Below are positions 48,115 to 60,488 of a stretch of 64,000 nt of DNA, in pieces. Origin of the DNA: Nemertoderma westbladi (Eukaryota > Animalia > Xenacoelomorpha); assembly GCA_032718475.1 (NCBI GenBank), contig JAUCBJ010003330.1, positions 31,259 through 95,258 on the forward strand, in the 5' to 3' direction. The stretch's first letter is position 1, and every line of letters begins with the position of its first letter. The notes under the pieces are model-generated. The model had not been told where the DNA came from. It did not search any database and worked only from the letters and a program-made list of their open reading frames with translations. A program made the position numbers and the translations under genes.

Positions 48115-50732
48115 GTCTTATTATATACGTCAAGTACAGGTAATAAAATGTCAAAGTATCAGAATGTCGAAATGTCAAACTTACCTTGGTATATATAGTA
48201 TATATATACCCTAACCGGTACAAATAAATCAACAAAGTCAGAATGTCGAAATGTCAAAATGTCGAAATGTCCAAATGTCAAATTACCTTGATATATATAT
48301 ATATCATATATATACCCTAACCGGTACAAATAAAACTAACAAAGTATATAATAAAATATGTAATAATCTAGCCTACCGGCTAAATTTGTACGAATAAGTG
48401 AGATAACGGTACATGTTACCAAAATGTAGATCAACAAGTACAAATAATAGGCAAAACAGCAACGTCTAATGGGAAATAAGTACCAACAACACTACTAATT
48501 AGACAGTGAAACCAACAAATTTTGAGTACTACTGTGCTTTTAAGTTTGAATGACACGAGTCGTAAAACTTACGCTCCTTTGATCTTCCAGTCGTGCAAAT
48601 TCCCAAATACAAACCGGACGTGGGTCGTTCCGTTTTTCGGCGTCGCGGACGAATTTTGTGTCTCCCAAACTTTGCGAAAATCGGTCTAATCCTCGAAGCG
48701 GTCCAGAAATTAGTCCTGAAAAGTCGAAGGTGAGAGTTTTACTTCTACTCTACGAAAAATCTTCCTAGGTACCGATACAACTTGGTCTTTAAACCCTATG
48801 TACCTTTTCAAGTACCGAAAAGTAACACCGCACACACACTAACTATTGCTACAAACAAACTATTAGCTAGTCAAATATTAAATACGAAACTACTAGCTAC
48901 CCTAAAGCCTACTGAAGCAGGGGACGTTCTACAAATTACTAATTTTACTAATTTTAAATTGTAAATATCTCCTACCTTTACAATAGCTAACAATATATTT
49001 ATATCTCACTTTAGGTAAGATATATCTACCATTTGCAAATTACAATTGGCAAAATAAACAATAAATATACCTCACTTTGAGATCCTCTATCGTAAGGGCT
49101 ATCCTACGGCCTACAAATCTACTAGTATGAAGCTATAGAATATCTCTAACCGTAAAGTCCAGTAGTATACCGCTTACCAGATCCTAGTAACGATGTATCT
49201 TACCGTAAGATCTCGTAATGAAACGGGCTCGTACAGTATCTGACAACAAATCCCAGTCCAGGGTATCTAAACAAACAGATACAATACACAAACGACTACT
49301 GGCGAGGAGCAGAGCCTAGTGTCTATTCTATGTACGTGAGCGGGTCTAATGCCTACGAACTACACAAAAGGAAACCTGTCCTCTAACCGGTATGGCAGAT
49401 GTACAGTTATAGTAACAGACCAAACTCACGGGAAAACAATCCCCACGCAGCGAATCCTAACTATCGCTGACAGTCCTAAATACCGTAACTTGCCACGGTG
49501 TGATTTATATGGTTTATATACGAGCTAGTGGGTTAACAGACCTAGAGTAACAATACTGATCCCCCTGTACGAAATCAGTCTAAAGAGGGTCGTGCCTAAT
49601 GTAACAATACCGCTGCTCTGACAAAACAACAGTTTAATACCGAAATAAATACTCCTTCTTGCCGTAACTAAATATCAGATCCTAAAATTACAAAATACCA
49701 ACAGTGAGTTATATATATATTCTGCCTAATGTAATCTAAAGTGCGCTATCTAGTAGAACTCTAAGGGTAAATATGTTTTAGGGCGTGTGTGTGTGGGTGT
49801 GTTACAATAAAACAATTTTGGTGTATATCATTTTACTAGGTTTTATTGATTTTCTGACCAAAACAATACCGTGCGCTAGCTACGAAAATAAGCTAGTCGC
49901 GTTTTGTAGAACTTTATACTTACAAATGACGTCAAAGCTCTCTCCTTCCTATCCACAACTCAACCGGGCAACCACGGTGTCAGTAACTACACCCGTGATC
50001 GGCACAAATACCAGATTCTGGTTGTAAGATAAGAAATAGGGGTTAATTGCTACCATACGTTAGCTGATCTGGTATACAAATTTGATTCTAGAACTTTGTT
50101 GCCGCGGTGGTTAGCAGCAATACCTATCAGTACGTGGCAAGGTGCGGTAGGATATTAATAAACCTCCCTAGGCCAAGCGGTGTGCCGGTAGCAGAAATAC
50201 TCCTTGCCTGATCAAATAACTAAGGTTCAGACAGGGGGTGGGGGGTACTAATGTATATTCTACAAAGCGAACCGGTACCAAACGGTCAGTAGTACGAATC
50301 ACTAAATTATGGAACATATGCTGTCCGTACCTAATGTGTACTCGCATACTTACGAACGGCAATAACTCGCACCTGTGAGGTATACAGGTTAACCCAGGGA
50401 TTTGTAGTACTGAGGGGGGGGGGGGGTTCTGTCAGAATATAATTATTTGATCCTAAATTTTGCGGCATCCCAGAAAGGCGTCACGCTTACCCTGATCTAT
50501 AGGTCTTACGTTGGGCAAGGGCGTCAAACAAAGTCTTACCTTCCTCGGAAATCGGGTGCTGCATGGCAAAGGTGGAGTATTTCGAAGGGCGAAGGGGGTG
50601 CGCGGTCTAATCTAATGTGGGCGCTAGCGTGTTGTGGACATCATTCCCTGCGTTGCTGACGGCCTAACGGTCTAGGTGGCCATCTTCCCAATGCTTGGCT
50701 GTCCCAAAGGTGGACGTTTGGAAATATACATG

Positions 50733-51875
50733 ATCAAGGCCTTTGATTCAGTCTCTCGCTCACGTATGTTCAGCATACTTTCATTATATGGGATTCCTGA
50801 TGAAATTATTGCAGCAATCAGATCAGTATACGATGGTTCGACAACATTTGTGTCTACTGTTGACGGTGACACAGAACAATTTGAAGTGTTATGGGGCGTC
50901 CTCCAAGGAGACACACTTGCACCATTCTTGTTCATTATTGTGGTTGACTATGTTCTACGCATGTCCTTAGATCATCATAATGATGATGGGGTGATGATAA
51001 CTCCACCTACTGGCTCCAGAAGTCGAGGAAATCCTGCCAAGTACCTAACTGATCTAGACTTTGCTGATGACTTAGGAGTACTCTCAGAATCATTAGAGGG
51101 AGCCCAGCGGCTCCTCAGCTCATTAGAACATGCTGCTTCTAGTGTTGGTCTTTTTATTAACTCCAGAAAGACCAAAATTCTGACTGTTAACTTTGAAAGT
51201 CCTCAGCAAGTCTCTGATCGGATGAGCATAAGCTCAAAGGATGGTATGCTTGAGCATGTGGACGACTTCTGTTACCTGGGATCATGGATCCGGAAGTCAG
51301 GTGAGGACCTTCGAATACGTAAGGGAAAGGCATGGGCAGCCTTGAATAGGCTTTCCAGGATTTGGAAGTCACCTAGAATTAATCGGAAACTTAAGGTCCG
51401 ATTATTTAGAGCAGCAGTAGTTCCAGTACTCCTCTACGGGAGTCCATGCTGGGCTCTAACTGCTGAGGACACCAAATCTCTGGATGGCACATTCACAAGA
51501 ATGCTACGCCGGGTACATTGTGTCAAGTACAAGGCACACATCTCCAACCAGACACTATATAACATTGGAGGTGTCTCATTGGTTCCCCCAAGCTTGACAC
51601 TAGAACAAAATCGCCTCCGCTTTGCAGGACATTGCTTTCGCCGTGAGGACCAGCCAGTGCATAATCTTGTACTTTGGCAGCCTCATGGAGTGAATAAGCA
51701 TGGTGGACAGCCCATGACTTTCTTGAGACGCATCTTAAAGGACACTGGCCTTAAAGATGCGGATGATCTAGCAAATGTCATGGGTGATAGGGAGTTGTGG
51801 CGGTGCAATTTTGTTGACAAGCCGGCACAGCATTCTTAAAAATGCAGCTGCAATGCAGCATGCCGATCCTAGTAG
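50733..51875 (+). mobile_element. 5'-truncated RTE-clade LINE (RT C-terminal part)
   Basis: KAFDSV, GVLQGDTLAPFLFIIV, DLDFADDL, FCYLGSWI, LLYGS..W.LT, RLRFAGHC. Tail CCTAGTAG. TSD TACATG at 50727-50732 and 51876-51881. Confidence 0.92.
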
Positions 51876-52091
51876 TACATGTTCAGAAGTTTACAGTATA
51901 TTTACAGTTTACAAAGATTTGTCAAACAGATTTATAACAAAACAATACTAGAGTAATCCAACAAGTGACAACTAAAGTATAACGAAGTTATACGCAAATG
52001 ATTAGTGTGACAAGTGAAGAGATTAGTAAGCAAGTGATAACCGAAGGCAAACCAGCCCTTTATATACTAAATCTGGGACATAGAATCAGCT

Positions 52092-53537
52092 AGAACCTTC
52101 CAGAGCATTCCATGGCCTCACATTGGAGCAATAAGATGTTCTATGCCCTATGATTGGCCCAACTCATCGTTCCATGTGTTGTACGCACCTCATTGGTTTA
52201 TCAAATTGTACCAAATGAAAATAAATTGCCCCAAAATGCAAATTTTCCAACTGGGATTCGAACTCGTAACCTATCTGTAATGCAACCAACGCCTTAACCA
52301 TCTGACCACTACGCCATGAGATTAACTATGGGTTTTATGTGTTTTATAAGTTTAACCCATAGAGGACTATCTTGATTTTTATTCAGAAAGGAATGGTACT
52401 TGGAAACATGTTTTGCCTTCTCTTTGGACTGCAAAACAAACTTGTCATGACATCCTGTTGCTTGAACTCGGTCGCCCGTCTCCAAAGGCGGTTATCCTTA
52501 ATAGACAGTGGAAATTCCTACAGAAAATTTCTTCCAATCCGGAAAGACACTCGCCTGTTATTTTCGCCTTAGGTCTTGTCCGACAAGCTGGTACCACTAT
52601 GGGAAGAGCCGTGGATTCCATTCTGAATAACCCCGAATCCTGCAGTTTAAACTTCTATAGTGATAAACTAAGGAACGATGTTTTAATTAGTACCTCAACC
52701 CGTCGAGTTATCTACACTCAAATGAACCCGGATTTCACTACTCTACCTTGTTATATATCCAGAGAAGCTCTGGCCGAGCGCAAACGTGTAGCTCTAACTC
52801 GTTTTCGTTTGATGTCCACCCATTTAGCGGTTGAAACAGGGCGTTGGTCCAGAATTCCCCCCGATAATAGACGCTGTAAATGCGGGAGTATACAAACAGA
52901 GATACACGTGATCCGAGACTGTCCGCTTTTGGATGAGCTTCGTTCGGCTCACCCGTCCCTTAATTTCAACTCTTTTACGACCTTTTTTTATTCCAACCGC
53001 TTGGAGGAGTGCGGTTCATTCTTAGTTAGATGCTTGAACACACTTGAAATAATTTAAAACATATCTCCGTGTAATTAACTTATTAAATTATTTATTTGTA
53101 TATATATATATATATATATATATTAGGTAGTATTAATCATACTTAAATACGCGTTTGAGCCTTTGTTTAAATATTATTTTCTTGGACGATTGTTGCGACT
53201 CATAGCCCACTGCCCAATTTCACACAAATTAATTAAAGCTTATATTTGTCCCGGTATTTTGCCTGTCGGTTAATGTACCGTCATTTTAATATTATCCGTC
53301 CATTTGGCTATTGTTTTGTTTGTTTTTGTTACATTGTTTTCCGTTGTTACGTCTCTTCTTGTCAGTTGCTTGTGGCTATTTACTGGTAATTTTTATCGTC
53401 AATAAACTTAATAATAAAATAATAATATTAATATGAATAGGCATATTACATTACTGTAACTTAATCAAAATGCGTCGGATTTTAGAAAGTTTTTACGTTA
53501 AACTACAAATGCTATCTTATAGTGAAATAATCCATCA
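52092..53537 (-). repeat. Shared (U3-side) part of the putative BEL-3 5' LTR, split by a LINE insertion
   Basis: 52092-52342 and 53427-53537 together match 38310-38671. Confidence 0.72.
52343..53426 (+). mobile_element. 5'-truncated non-LTR retrotransposon 3' end (RTE-X-like C-terminal zinc finger)
   Basis: ORF 52413..53057 has LTRFRLMSTHLAVETGRWSRIP...RCKCG..QTEIHVIRDCP. The 3' UTR ends AATAAAC(TAA)-rich. It is absent from the other LTR copy, which defines its boundaries. Confidence 0.8.
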
Positions 53538-53571
53538 GTGATGTTATTATTATTTTATATTTTTAATATCT

Positions 53572-54448
53572 AATGTCAGTTCAGGTGGGTTTTCTTCTGA
53601 AAACCTTCCATCTCCATACAGCATGATGGAGGTGCCATCTTTGGTTGCCTAGATCCTATTTTACTAAGGACATAATCTGGTTCTGTGATTAGGACCACCT
53701 TCGTTCTGGGATAGGGACGCCATTGGTCCTTAATGTATGTATATGGCCTGGCCAGGCCTATGGTGATCTACCAATGGCTTGTCAGGAGTAGAGTGCTCTC
53801 ATCTCCAATTTGAGTGCACTCCACTGCTTCCTAAACCTGGCAGCAGGTGTACAGGACATGGCCCGGCAGATGAGATGCATAGCCAATTATGGTGGGTGAG
53901 GTGTTTCAGAGTAGATATGGGCTCCATATCTGGCTCAACTGCGACACCCTCCCTGTGGAATGGAAACCAGGGTGCGGTATTTGCCATGAGAGCTGACTCG
54001 TCAAAAAAGCGTCCCCAACCCCCACTATGGATTACATAAGTAATGCGGAAGTCCGGCCACTACTGTAGAAGCCAGTGGAACTACAGGACGCAATAATAAG
54101 CCTCACAGGCGTCAGTTATAGGCGCCAATAATTCTGTGAGTCCCTTACCTGATGACCTTTCTTGTCCAAACCCAGGGTAACCAGGGAGGCCAGATTGCGA
54201 GGTGGAGAGTGATTCTGGAATTGGAGGCTATTCTCACGTCCCACCCCGACCAACCTGCGGCAAGTAACTTGACTAGCCTCAGCCTCAGTTAATACCCTAA
54301 CACTCGGGTCCCCAATGCGACAAGGCGAGCTGACTGCCCTGGCAGATAAGCTTCCCATTAGCGCAGTGGGTATTCAAGGTGGTGGTACACAAGTCATATC
54401 ACATCTATGTGCAGCTGCAATGCAGCTGGCCGATTATAGTAGTAGTAT
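53572..54448 (+). mobile_element. Possible non-autonomous RTE derivative (non-coding body plus RTE 3' end)
   Basis: A GC-richer island ending GCAGCTGCAATGCAGCTGGCCGATTATAGTAGTAGTA, matching the 3' terminus of the RTE at 51844-51877. Confidence 0.5.
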
Positions 54449-54604
54449 TAATTTTTTAATATGATTATGATCGGAAATGGAAAAAATGAGGAAGCGTGTC
54501 GCTATTCAATTATAAAATGCGTTAGTTAATTATCACATACCATGATTATTTATTTTTTAGGAAAAAATGAAAATGTTATAATAAATACAATTCAATTTAT
54601 TAAA

Positions 54605-55903
54605 ATGGCGGAATTCTCTATTGTTAATGACAATAATGCTACAGCATATGATTATATTTGCGCAAAAGAAAGGAATGCATGGGAACTGGCTCTGAAAATC
54701 TTCCTATATGGTTCTGTGTCAGTTGGGGGAATATGTGCCAATATATTGGGTTTGATTGTTATTGCTACAATACCAAAACAGCAACTGAAAATGATTGACG
54801 TGATAGCTGGTAATCTTCTAATGTCTGACTTAATCTACGTTACAGGCAGTCCCTTTCTTCTAGCTTCTCTTGTAAAGAAAACGTGGTTGTTTGGTGATTT
54901 AGGATGCAGAATAATATTCGCTTTGGATGCGCTAACAATGTCAGCAAGTGTATTTACTTTGGTAAAAATGAGTTTCGAGAGATACCAAGTAATGAACAAG
55001 AAACGTCGAGCGAGTTATATCAACAAGCGACATTTAGTTTACATTTGGATTCCGAGTATATTATTCGCATTACCATTCGCCATATTCACCTGGAAATCTT
55101 CTACCCCTTGTGGAGAAACATACTGTGGAGGTTCTTGGCCAAATTTTTCGGAAACAATAAATTCGTTTACAGTTTATATTGTTTTCCTCAGCTTTGTTCT
55201 CTACATCATCCCCTTGTGTGTCATCGCAGTTGCTTACAGAGCTATGATCAAGAGCATCAATAGCCAGCTTCGATTGGCCCTTGGCAACAATGGGCCGCGG
55301 CTTCTGGCTGAGAGTGCAATGGTCAACTCAGAAAATTCTGAGGACACAGCAGAAAGGCCACTGCTCATGGATAAAAGCTCACAGTTAACAACAGAAAGTT
55401 CAATAGCACTGGTCAATATCACAACGGACAATCAATCGATCGTCGATGGAGGAAATAGAATAGTCTCTCCTGGAGATACAGATACCCCTGAATCACCCCA
55501 ACCCTTAATGATCGCATACCCCGGTAAGGATGCCGTTCACCAAGTCCCAACGCCCAGACATGACAAAAGCAAAGCAAGAGATAGCATGCATCGGATAAAT
55601 ATACAAATTACACGAATGGTAATAGCTGTAATCTTGGCGTTTACATTTTGCTACTTACCTTTTTGGACCTGGCAATTATCTTTGCATTTGATCAAAATTC
55701 ATAAATATATTCAGATACCTGGTGCGACAATGAAGGTAATTCAAATGGTGGTGGTTTTTTCTTCTTATATGAATGCCATAGCGGACCCAGTTCTTTGTTT
55801 CATTCTTTGCAGCAAGTATCGTGCAAGATTGAAGTTATTGATGGGATCGATATTTTGCAAACACCAGGAATCAGTGGAACTACCCAGTTTTCAAGGTCCA
55901 TAG
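54605..55903 (+). CDS. Class A (rhodopsin-like) peptide GPCR, somatostatin/urotensin-II/MCH/allatostatin-C receptor-like, single coding exon
   Basis: Seven hydrophobic segments. GICANIL (TM1), NLLMSDL (TM2), WLFGDLGC, MSFERY, WIPS..FALP, YIIPL, CYLPFWTWQL (TM6), NAIADPVL (TM7). The ORF opens at 54542, but ATG 54605 has better context and follows a possible acceptor at 54560. Confidence 0.93.
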   Translation: MAEFSIVNDNNATAYDYICAKERNAWELALKIFLYGSVSVGGICANILGLIVIATIPKQQLKMIDVIAGNLLMSDLIYVTGSPFLLASLVKKTWLFGDLGCRIIFALDALTMSASVFTLVKMSFERYQVMNKKRRASYINKRHLVYIWIPSILFALPFAIFTWKSSTPCGETYCGGSWPNFSETINSFTVYIVFLSFVLYIIPLCVIAVAYRAMIKSINSQLRLALGNNGPRLLAESAMVNSENSEDTAERPLLMDKSSQLTTESSIALVNITTDNQSIVDGGNRIVSPGDTDTPESPQPLMIAYPGKDAVHQVPTPRHDKSKARDSMHRINIQITRMVIAVILAFTFCYLPFWTWQLSLHLIKIHKYIQIPGATMKVIQMVVVFSSYMNAIADPVLCFILCSKYRARLKLLMGSIFCKHQESVELPSFQGP

Positions 55904-57586
55904 AAATGTAAGATAATGTAATTGTAATGATAGTGCTGTAAAGTGTATAATTGTCAACACGCAACATTTAGGCGTATGTCAATGTTGATAAATGTTCCTG
56001 TGCGTCATCCAATGGAAGCAAGATGTCTATATGTCTAGAGAGAAGAACAGAAACAGCATCAATATCCGTAGAAGAGATGTCGTATTCATTTAAAATGTTT
56101 GAAAGATGATAACTCGAAGAAAATTATAATGAATTTATTGAATTCACCTTAAGGTTCTCATTTTATATTCAAAGTTGCCTCCATCACGAAATAATATGGC
56201 AATTTAATCAAATGGTATGAATAGCTATTTGTGGTTGCTTTAGACATCTATCTTCAAAGGGAGTACTTGCTTTAATGTGAATAAATAGACTTGTGATTAT
56301 GTCATTATATATAATATATAATATTTTGTATTGTATATTGTAATGTGAGATACCTATATAAATTATGTTGTTATGTGAATGATATCATTAAATTTAATGG
56401 TTATTACTGGATATCATCATGGGGGACAGTCTATATACGTTTCTTGAGCCGTCTGTTAAAAATTCATAGTGGATATGGTGTTGTGGTGGCGCAATTTTGT
56501 TTATAAGTATTCTTCATAGTATTCATAATGCAGCATGCCGATTATACTTATACATTGATGTCAATGTAAATTCATGAAGTTTTCTGGATTTTATCTTTGA
56601 CGATGGAATGTTATCTTGTGGAGCACAGTGAAGCCATGATACTTACCTTAAATCCGCCCTCAGTGATTATAAGTACAAAATCGATCAGATGTTACATCAT
56701 AAGAAGTACAGTAACTGGTACTCAGTCCATGACTGTGAATGTCTCATATTGCAACCTTTCCAAACTGATCTTCATCGTCTTGTCTGCAGAACTAAACTCA
56801 GTCTTCGTTCAAACTTGTGCAGAAATTATCTGCACGGCATGAAGCTTTAGGAGGGTATAACTAAGATTTGTATGTACATAACTAATTACCTTAAATGTTA
56901 GTGGTAAAGATAAAATTGTTGCGATTGCATCATTTACCAAAAGGTCCAACAAATATTATTCTAGAATAGTCTAAATCATGAATATTATCAATTACTCATA
57001 GAAATTATTACTAATAGAGGTTAGTAGCTGTCCTTGTGTGGTAATTGTCCAGGGGTCAATTGTCATGTACCTCCTAAAATTATTCTAACAGGTGCACCAT
57101 AAATGTTCTTACCCCAAATAAATGTGTTTATTTACAAATCGCACCGATTTTTGCTATAAATTGGCGTTAAACTTTCGGGAATTCATGACATTTTTATAAA
57201 ATAATGGATAGAGATTGAGGGCATATAATATGTTATTCCTTGGTGTCAAATTTGTCTTTCCACTCCAGTCATCCTTAAATTATCTTCAAAGTTAAACACA
57301 TACAAATCTCTCTGCCATATCCTCGAATACACAGTTGCCCGTCCCACCATCTATTGAATAAAGTTGTTTTGGAAATATCGTAGGTTTAACTATATTGTTT
57401 CTATAAGATATAGTCAGATATTGCATTGTGATAATTATATTTAATCGAATTGTATTGTTGTTATTTGGTGATCTATTTATGTAAATTATTAAGTACTTAT
57501 GTGAGTACTTACTTGTGTTACTTATATTATACAGCATGTTATTGTCTTATGATGATTATATATTTATTGTAGTTGGTTGTGCTCTC
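55901..57586. repeat. Local duplication copy A (GPCR 3' flank); copy B at 58347-60070
   Basis: Near-identical ~1.7 kb; the identical 81-aa ORFs at 56597 and 59078 result from it. Confidence 0.95.
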
Positions 57587-58346
57587 TGGTTTAATCGCCC
57601 AGTACTGTTGTCCCCTTAGACTCCCGTTAGATCGCCGTTAGAATAAAGGTATTAAAATGTTAAAAACTTTTAAAAAATGAATAGTAAATAAAAACTAAAC
57701 CAATGGTGTACCAATTAACAATATTTCCGTTATTAACAATTAACAATATTAACTATTAATAATACTGATAACTTCATAGTCGAACCAATCTTAATTTCAT
57801 TTTCATTCACATTCATCAATTTAATTATTATAGCTTCACCAGTTACTAGCCAATGAGAGGCCAGGATTTCAAATTACAATGACGTGTCTGTTGTCATATC
57901 TCAATCAAGACAAAGGCCTACGTGCGTTAGTTATTATTGCTTACTTTAACCTGCGTTTCAGACATGTCTGGTGTTATAAACTGCAAAAAATAATTTCTGC
58001 AATGCAAAGAAATTAAAGCTGTTAATTAAGTGAAAATAGCAAATGTTTGTTTATTTTCTAGTATAAGATTTAAATAATTATACTTAACAATTATACAGAG
58101 CTGTATTCCCCATACCCCATTCCGTTATTGTTTTTATTGAGTTCAAGAGATGATTTGCTTTAAGAAATGTGTTTTTAATTGATCTAAACGTAATAACTTA
58201 TTAAAATTCCCTGTCTCCAGCTGTACTTCCATAGCTCCCTCATTCCTTTGGCATATGCATGCTAGCATAGCTGGGAATTGGTACCAGTCTGTTTAGGCTT
58301 TTTCGTTTAGGCTGTTTAGTCAGTTTAGGAACCCTTCGCATAGAAA

Positions 58347-60070
58347 TAGAAATGTAAGATAATGTAATTGCAATGATAGTGCTGTAAAGTGTATAATTGT
58401 CAACACGCAACATTTAGGCGTATGTCAATGTTGATAAATGTTCCTGTGCGTCATCCAATGGAAGCAAGATGTCTATATGTCTAGAGAGAAGAACAGAAAC
58501 AGCATCAATATCCGTAGAAGAGATGTCGTCTTCTTTTAAAATGTTTGAAAGATGATAACTCGAAGAAAATTATAATGAATTTATTGAATACACCTTAAGG
58601 TTCTCATTTTATATTCAAAGTTGCCTCCATCAAGAAATAATATGGCAATTTAATCAAATGGTATGAATAGCTATTTGTGGTTGCTTTAGACATCGATCTT
58701 CAAAGGGAGTACTTGCTTTAATGTGAATAAATAGACTTGTGATTATGTCATTATATATAATATATAATATGTTGTATTGTATATTGTAATGTGAGATACC
58801 TATATAAATTATGTTGTTATGTGAATGATATCATTAAATTTAATGGTTATTACTGGATATCATCATGGGGGACAGTCTATATACGTTTCTTGAGCCGTCT
58901 GTTAAGGGACACTGGCCTTAAAGATTCGGCTAATCTCGCAAAATTCATAGTGGATATGGTGTTGTGGTGGCGCAATTTTGTTTATAAGTATTCTTCATAG
59001 TATTCATAATGCAGCATGCCGATTATACTTATACATTGATGTCAATGTAAATTCATGAAGTTTTCTGGATTTTATCTTTGACGATGGAATGTTATCTTGT
59101 GGAGCACAGTGAAGCCATGATACTTACCTTAAATCCGCCCTCAGTGATTATAAGTACAAAATCGATCAGATGTTACATCATAAGAAGTACAGTAACTGGT
59201 ACTCAGTCCATGACTGTGAATGTCTCATATTGCAACCTGTCCAAACTGATCTTCATCGTCTTGTCTGCAGAACTAAACTCAGTCTTCGTTCAAACTTGTG
59301 CAGAAATCATCTGCACGGCATGAAGCTTTAGGAGGGTATCAACTAAGATTTGTATGTACATAACTAATTACCTTAAATGTTAGTGGTAAAGATAAAATTG
59401 TTGCGATTGCATCATTTACCAAAAGGTCCAACAAATATTATTCTAGAATAGTCTAAATCATGAATATTATCAATTACTCATAGAAATTATTACTAATAGA
59501 GGTTAGTAGCTGTCCTTGTGTGGTAATTGTCCAGGGGTCAATTGTCATGTACCTCCTAAAATTATTCTAACAGGTGCACCATAAATGTTCTTACCCCAAA
59601 TAAATGTGTTTATTTACAAATCGCACCGATTTTTGCTATAAATTGGCGTTAAACTTTCGGGAATTCATGACATTTTTATAAAATAATGGATAGAGATTGA
59701 GGGCATATAATATGTTATTCCTTGGTGTCAAATTTGTCTTTCCACTCCAGTCATCCTTAAATTATCTTCAAAGTTAAACGCATACAAATCTCTCTGCCAT
59801 ATCCTCGAATACACAGTTGCCCGCCCCACAATCTATTGAATAAAGTTGTTTTGGAAATATCGTAGGTTTAACTATATTGTTTCTATAAGATATAGTCAGA
59901 TATTGCATTGTGAGAATTATATTTAATCGAATTGTATTGTTGTTATTTGGTGATCTATTTATGTAAAATTATTAAGTACTTATGTGAGAACTTACTTGTG
60001 TTACTTATATTATACAGCATGTTATTGTCTTATGATGATTATATATTTATTGTAGTGGGTTATGCTTCTC
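58347..60070. repeat. Local duplication copy B; contains an old RTE 3'-end relic at ~58866-59030
   Basis: Matches 55901-57586 and retains GGGACACTGGCCTTAAAGAT (shared with RTE 51739-51758), which is deleted in copy A. Confidence 0.93.
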
Positions 60071-60381
60071 TTGTTACTTTGTTTTGTGGCAATGCAATGA
60101 CTTCTTTGTGTGTATACCTGATTTAATTTAATGTGTGATTTGTCATGTGCGTACTTCTTTGAATCTGTTTTAATCATAATTGAGCACTTACAGTTGTCTT
60201 ACAACAGATTAAGAAAGTAAATCTGAAGTTGAAACAAAAGAAATGTAAGTTTAGTCAGATAGAAATAAAATATCTGGGACATGTTATTTCACAAAATGGG
60301 ATTAGTCCTGTTCCAGCAATAATATCGAAAAAGTTCTAAATTACCCTGAACCTCGAAATATAAAAGAAGAGTGAATGCTTC

Positions 60382-60488
60382 TTTTGTGGCAATGCAATGA
60401 CTTCTTTGTGTGTATACCTGATTTAATTTAATGTGTGATTTGTCATGTGCGTACTTCTTTGAATCTGTTTTAATCATAATTGAGCACT
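60382..60488. repeat. Short direct repeat of ~60082-60188
   Basis: TTTTGTGGCAATGCAATGAC...CATAATTGAGCACT occurs twice. Confidence 0.9.

Larger units (their letters stand above)
33926..53537 (-). mobile_element. BEL/Pao LTR retrotransposon BEL-3 (PR/RT/RH deleted; carries nested Gypsy, RTE and RTE-X-like insertions; low-coordinate boundary approximate)
   Basis: Minus-strand gag-like ORFs, integrase and long accessory ORF. Shared LTR starts TGATGGATTAT at 53537 and 38671; the latter is preceded by TTTTCATGGAGCGG, nearly identical to the BEL-1 PPT. Confidence 0.75.

Noticed and set aside
50413-50440. G-run followed by TGTCAG as a PPT plus LTR start, or as the BEL-3 LTR end
   Set aside because: No second copy and no adjacent PBS; boundary left unresolved.
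56597-56842. Identical 81-aa ORF present twice (also 59078..59323)
   Set aside because: Explained by the local duplication; TTG start and no recognisable domain.
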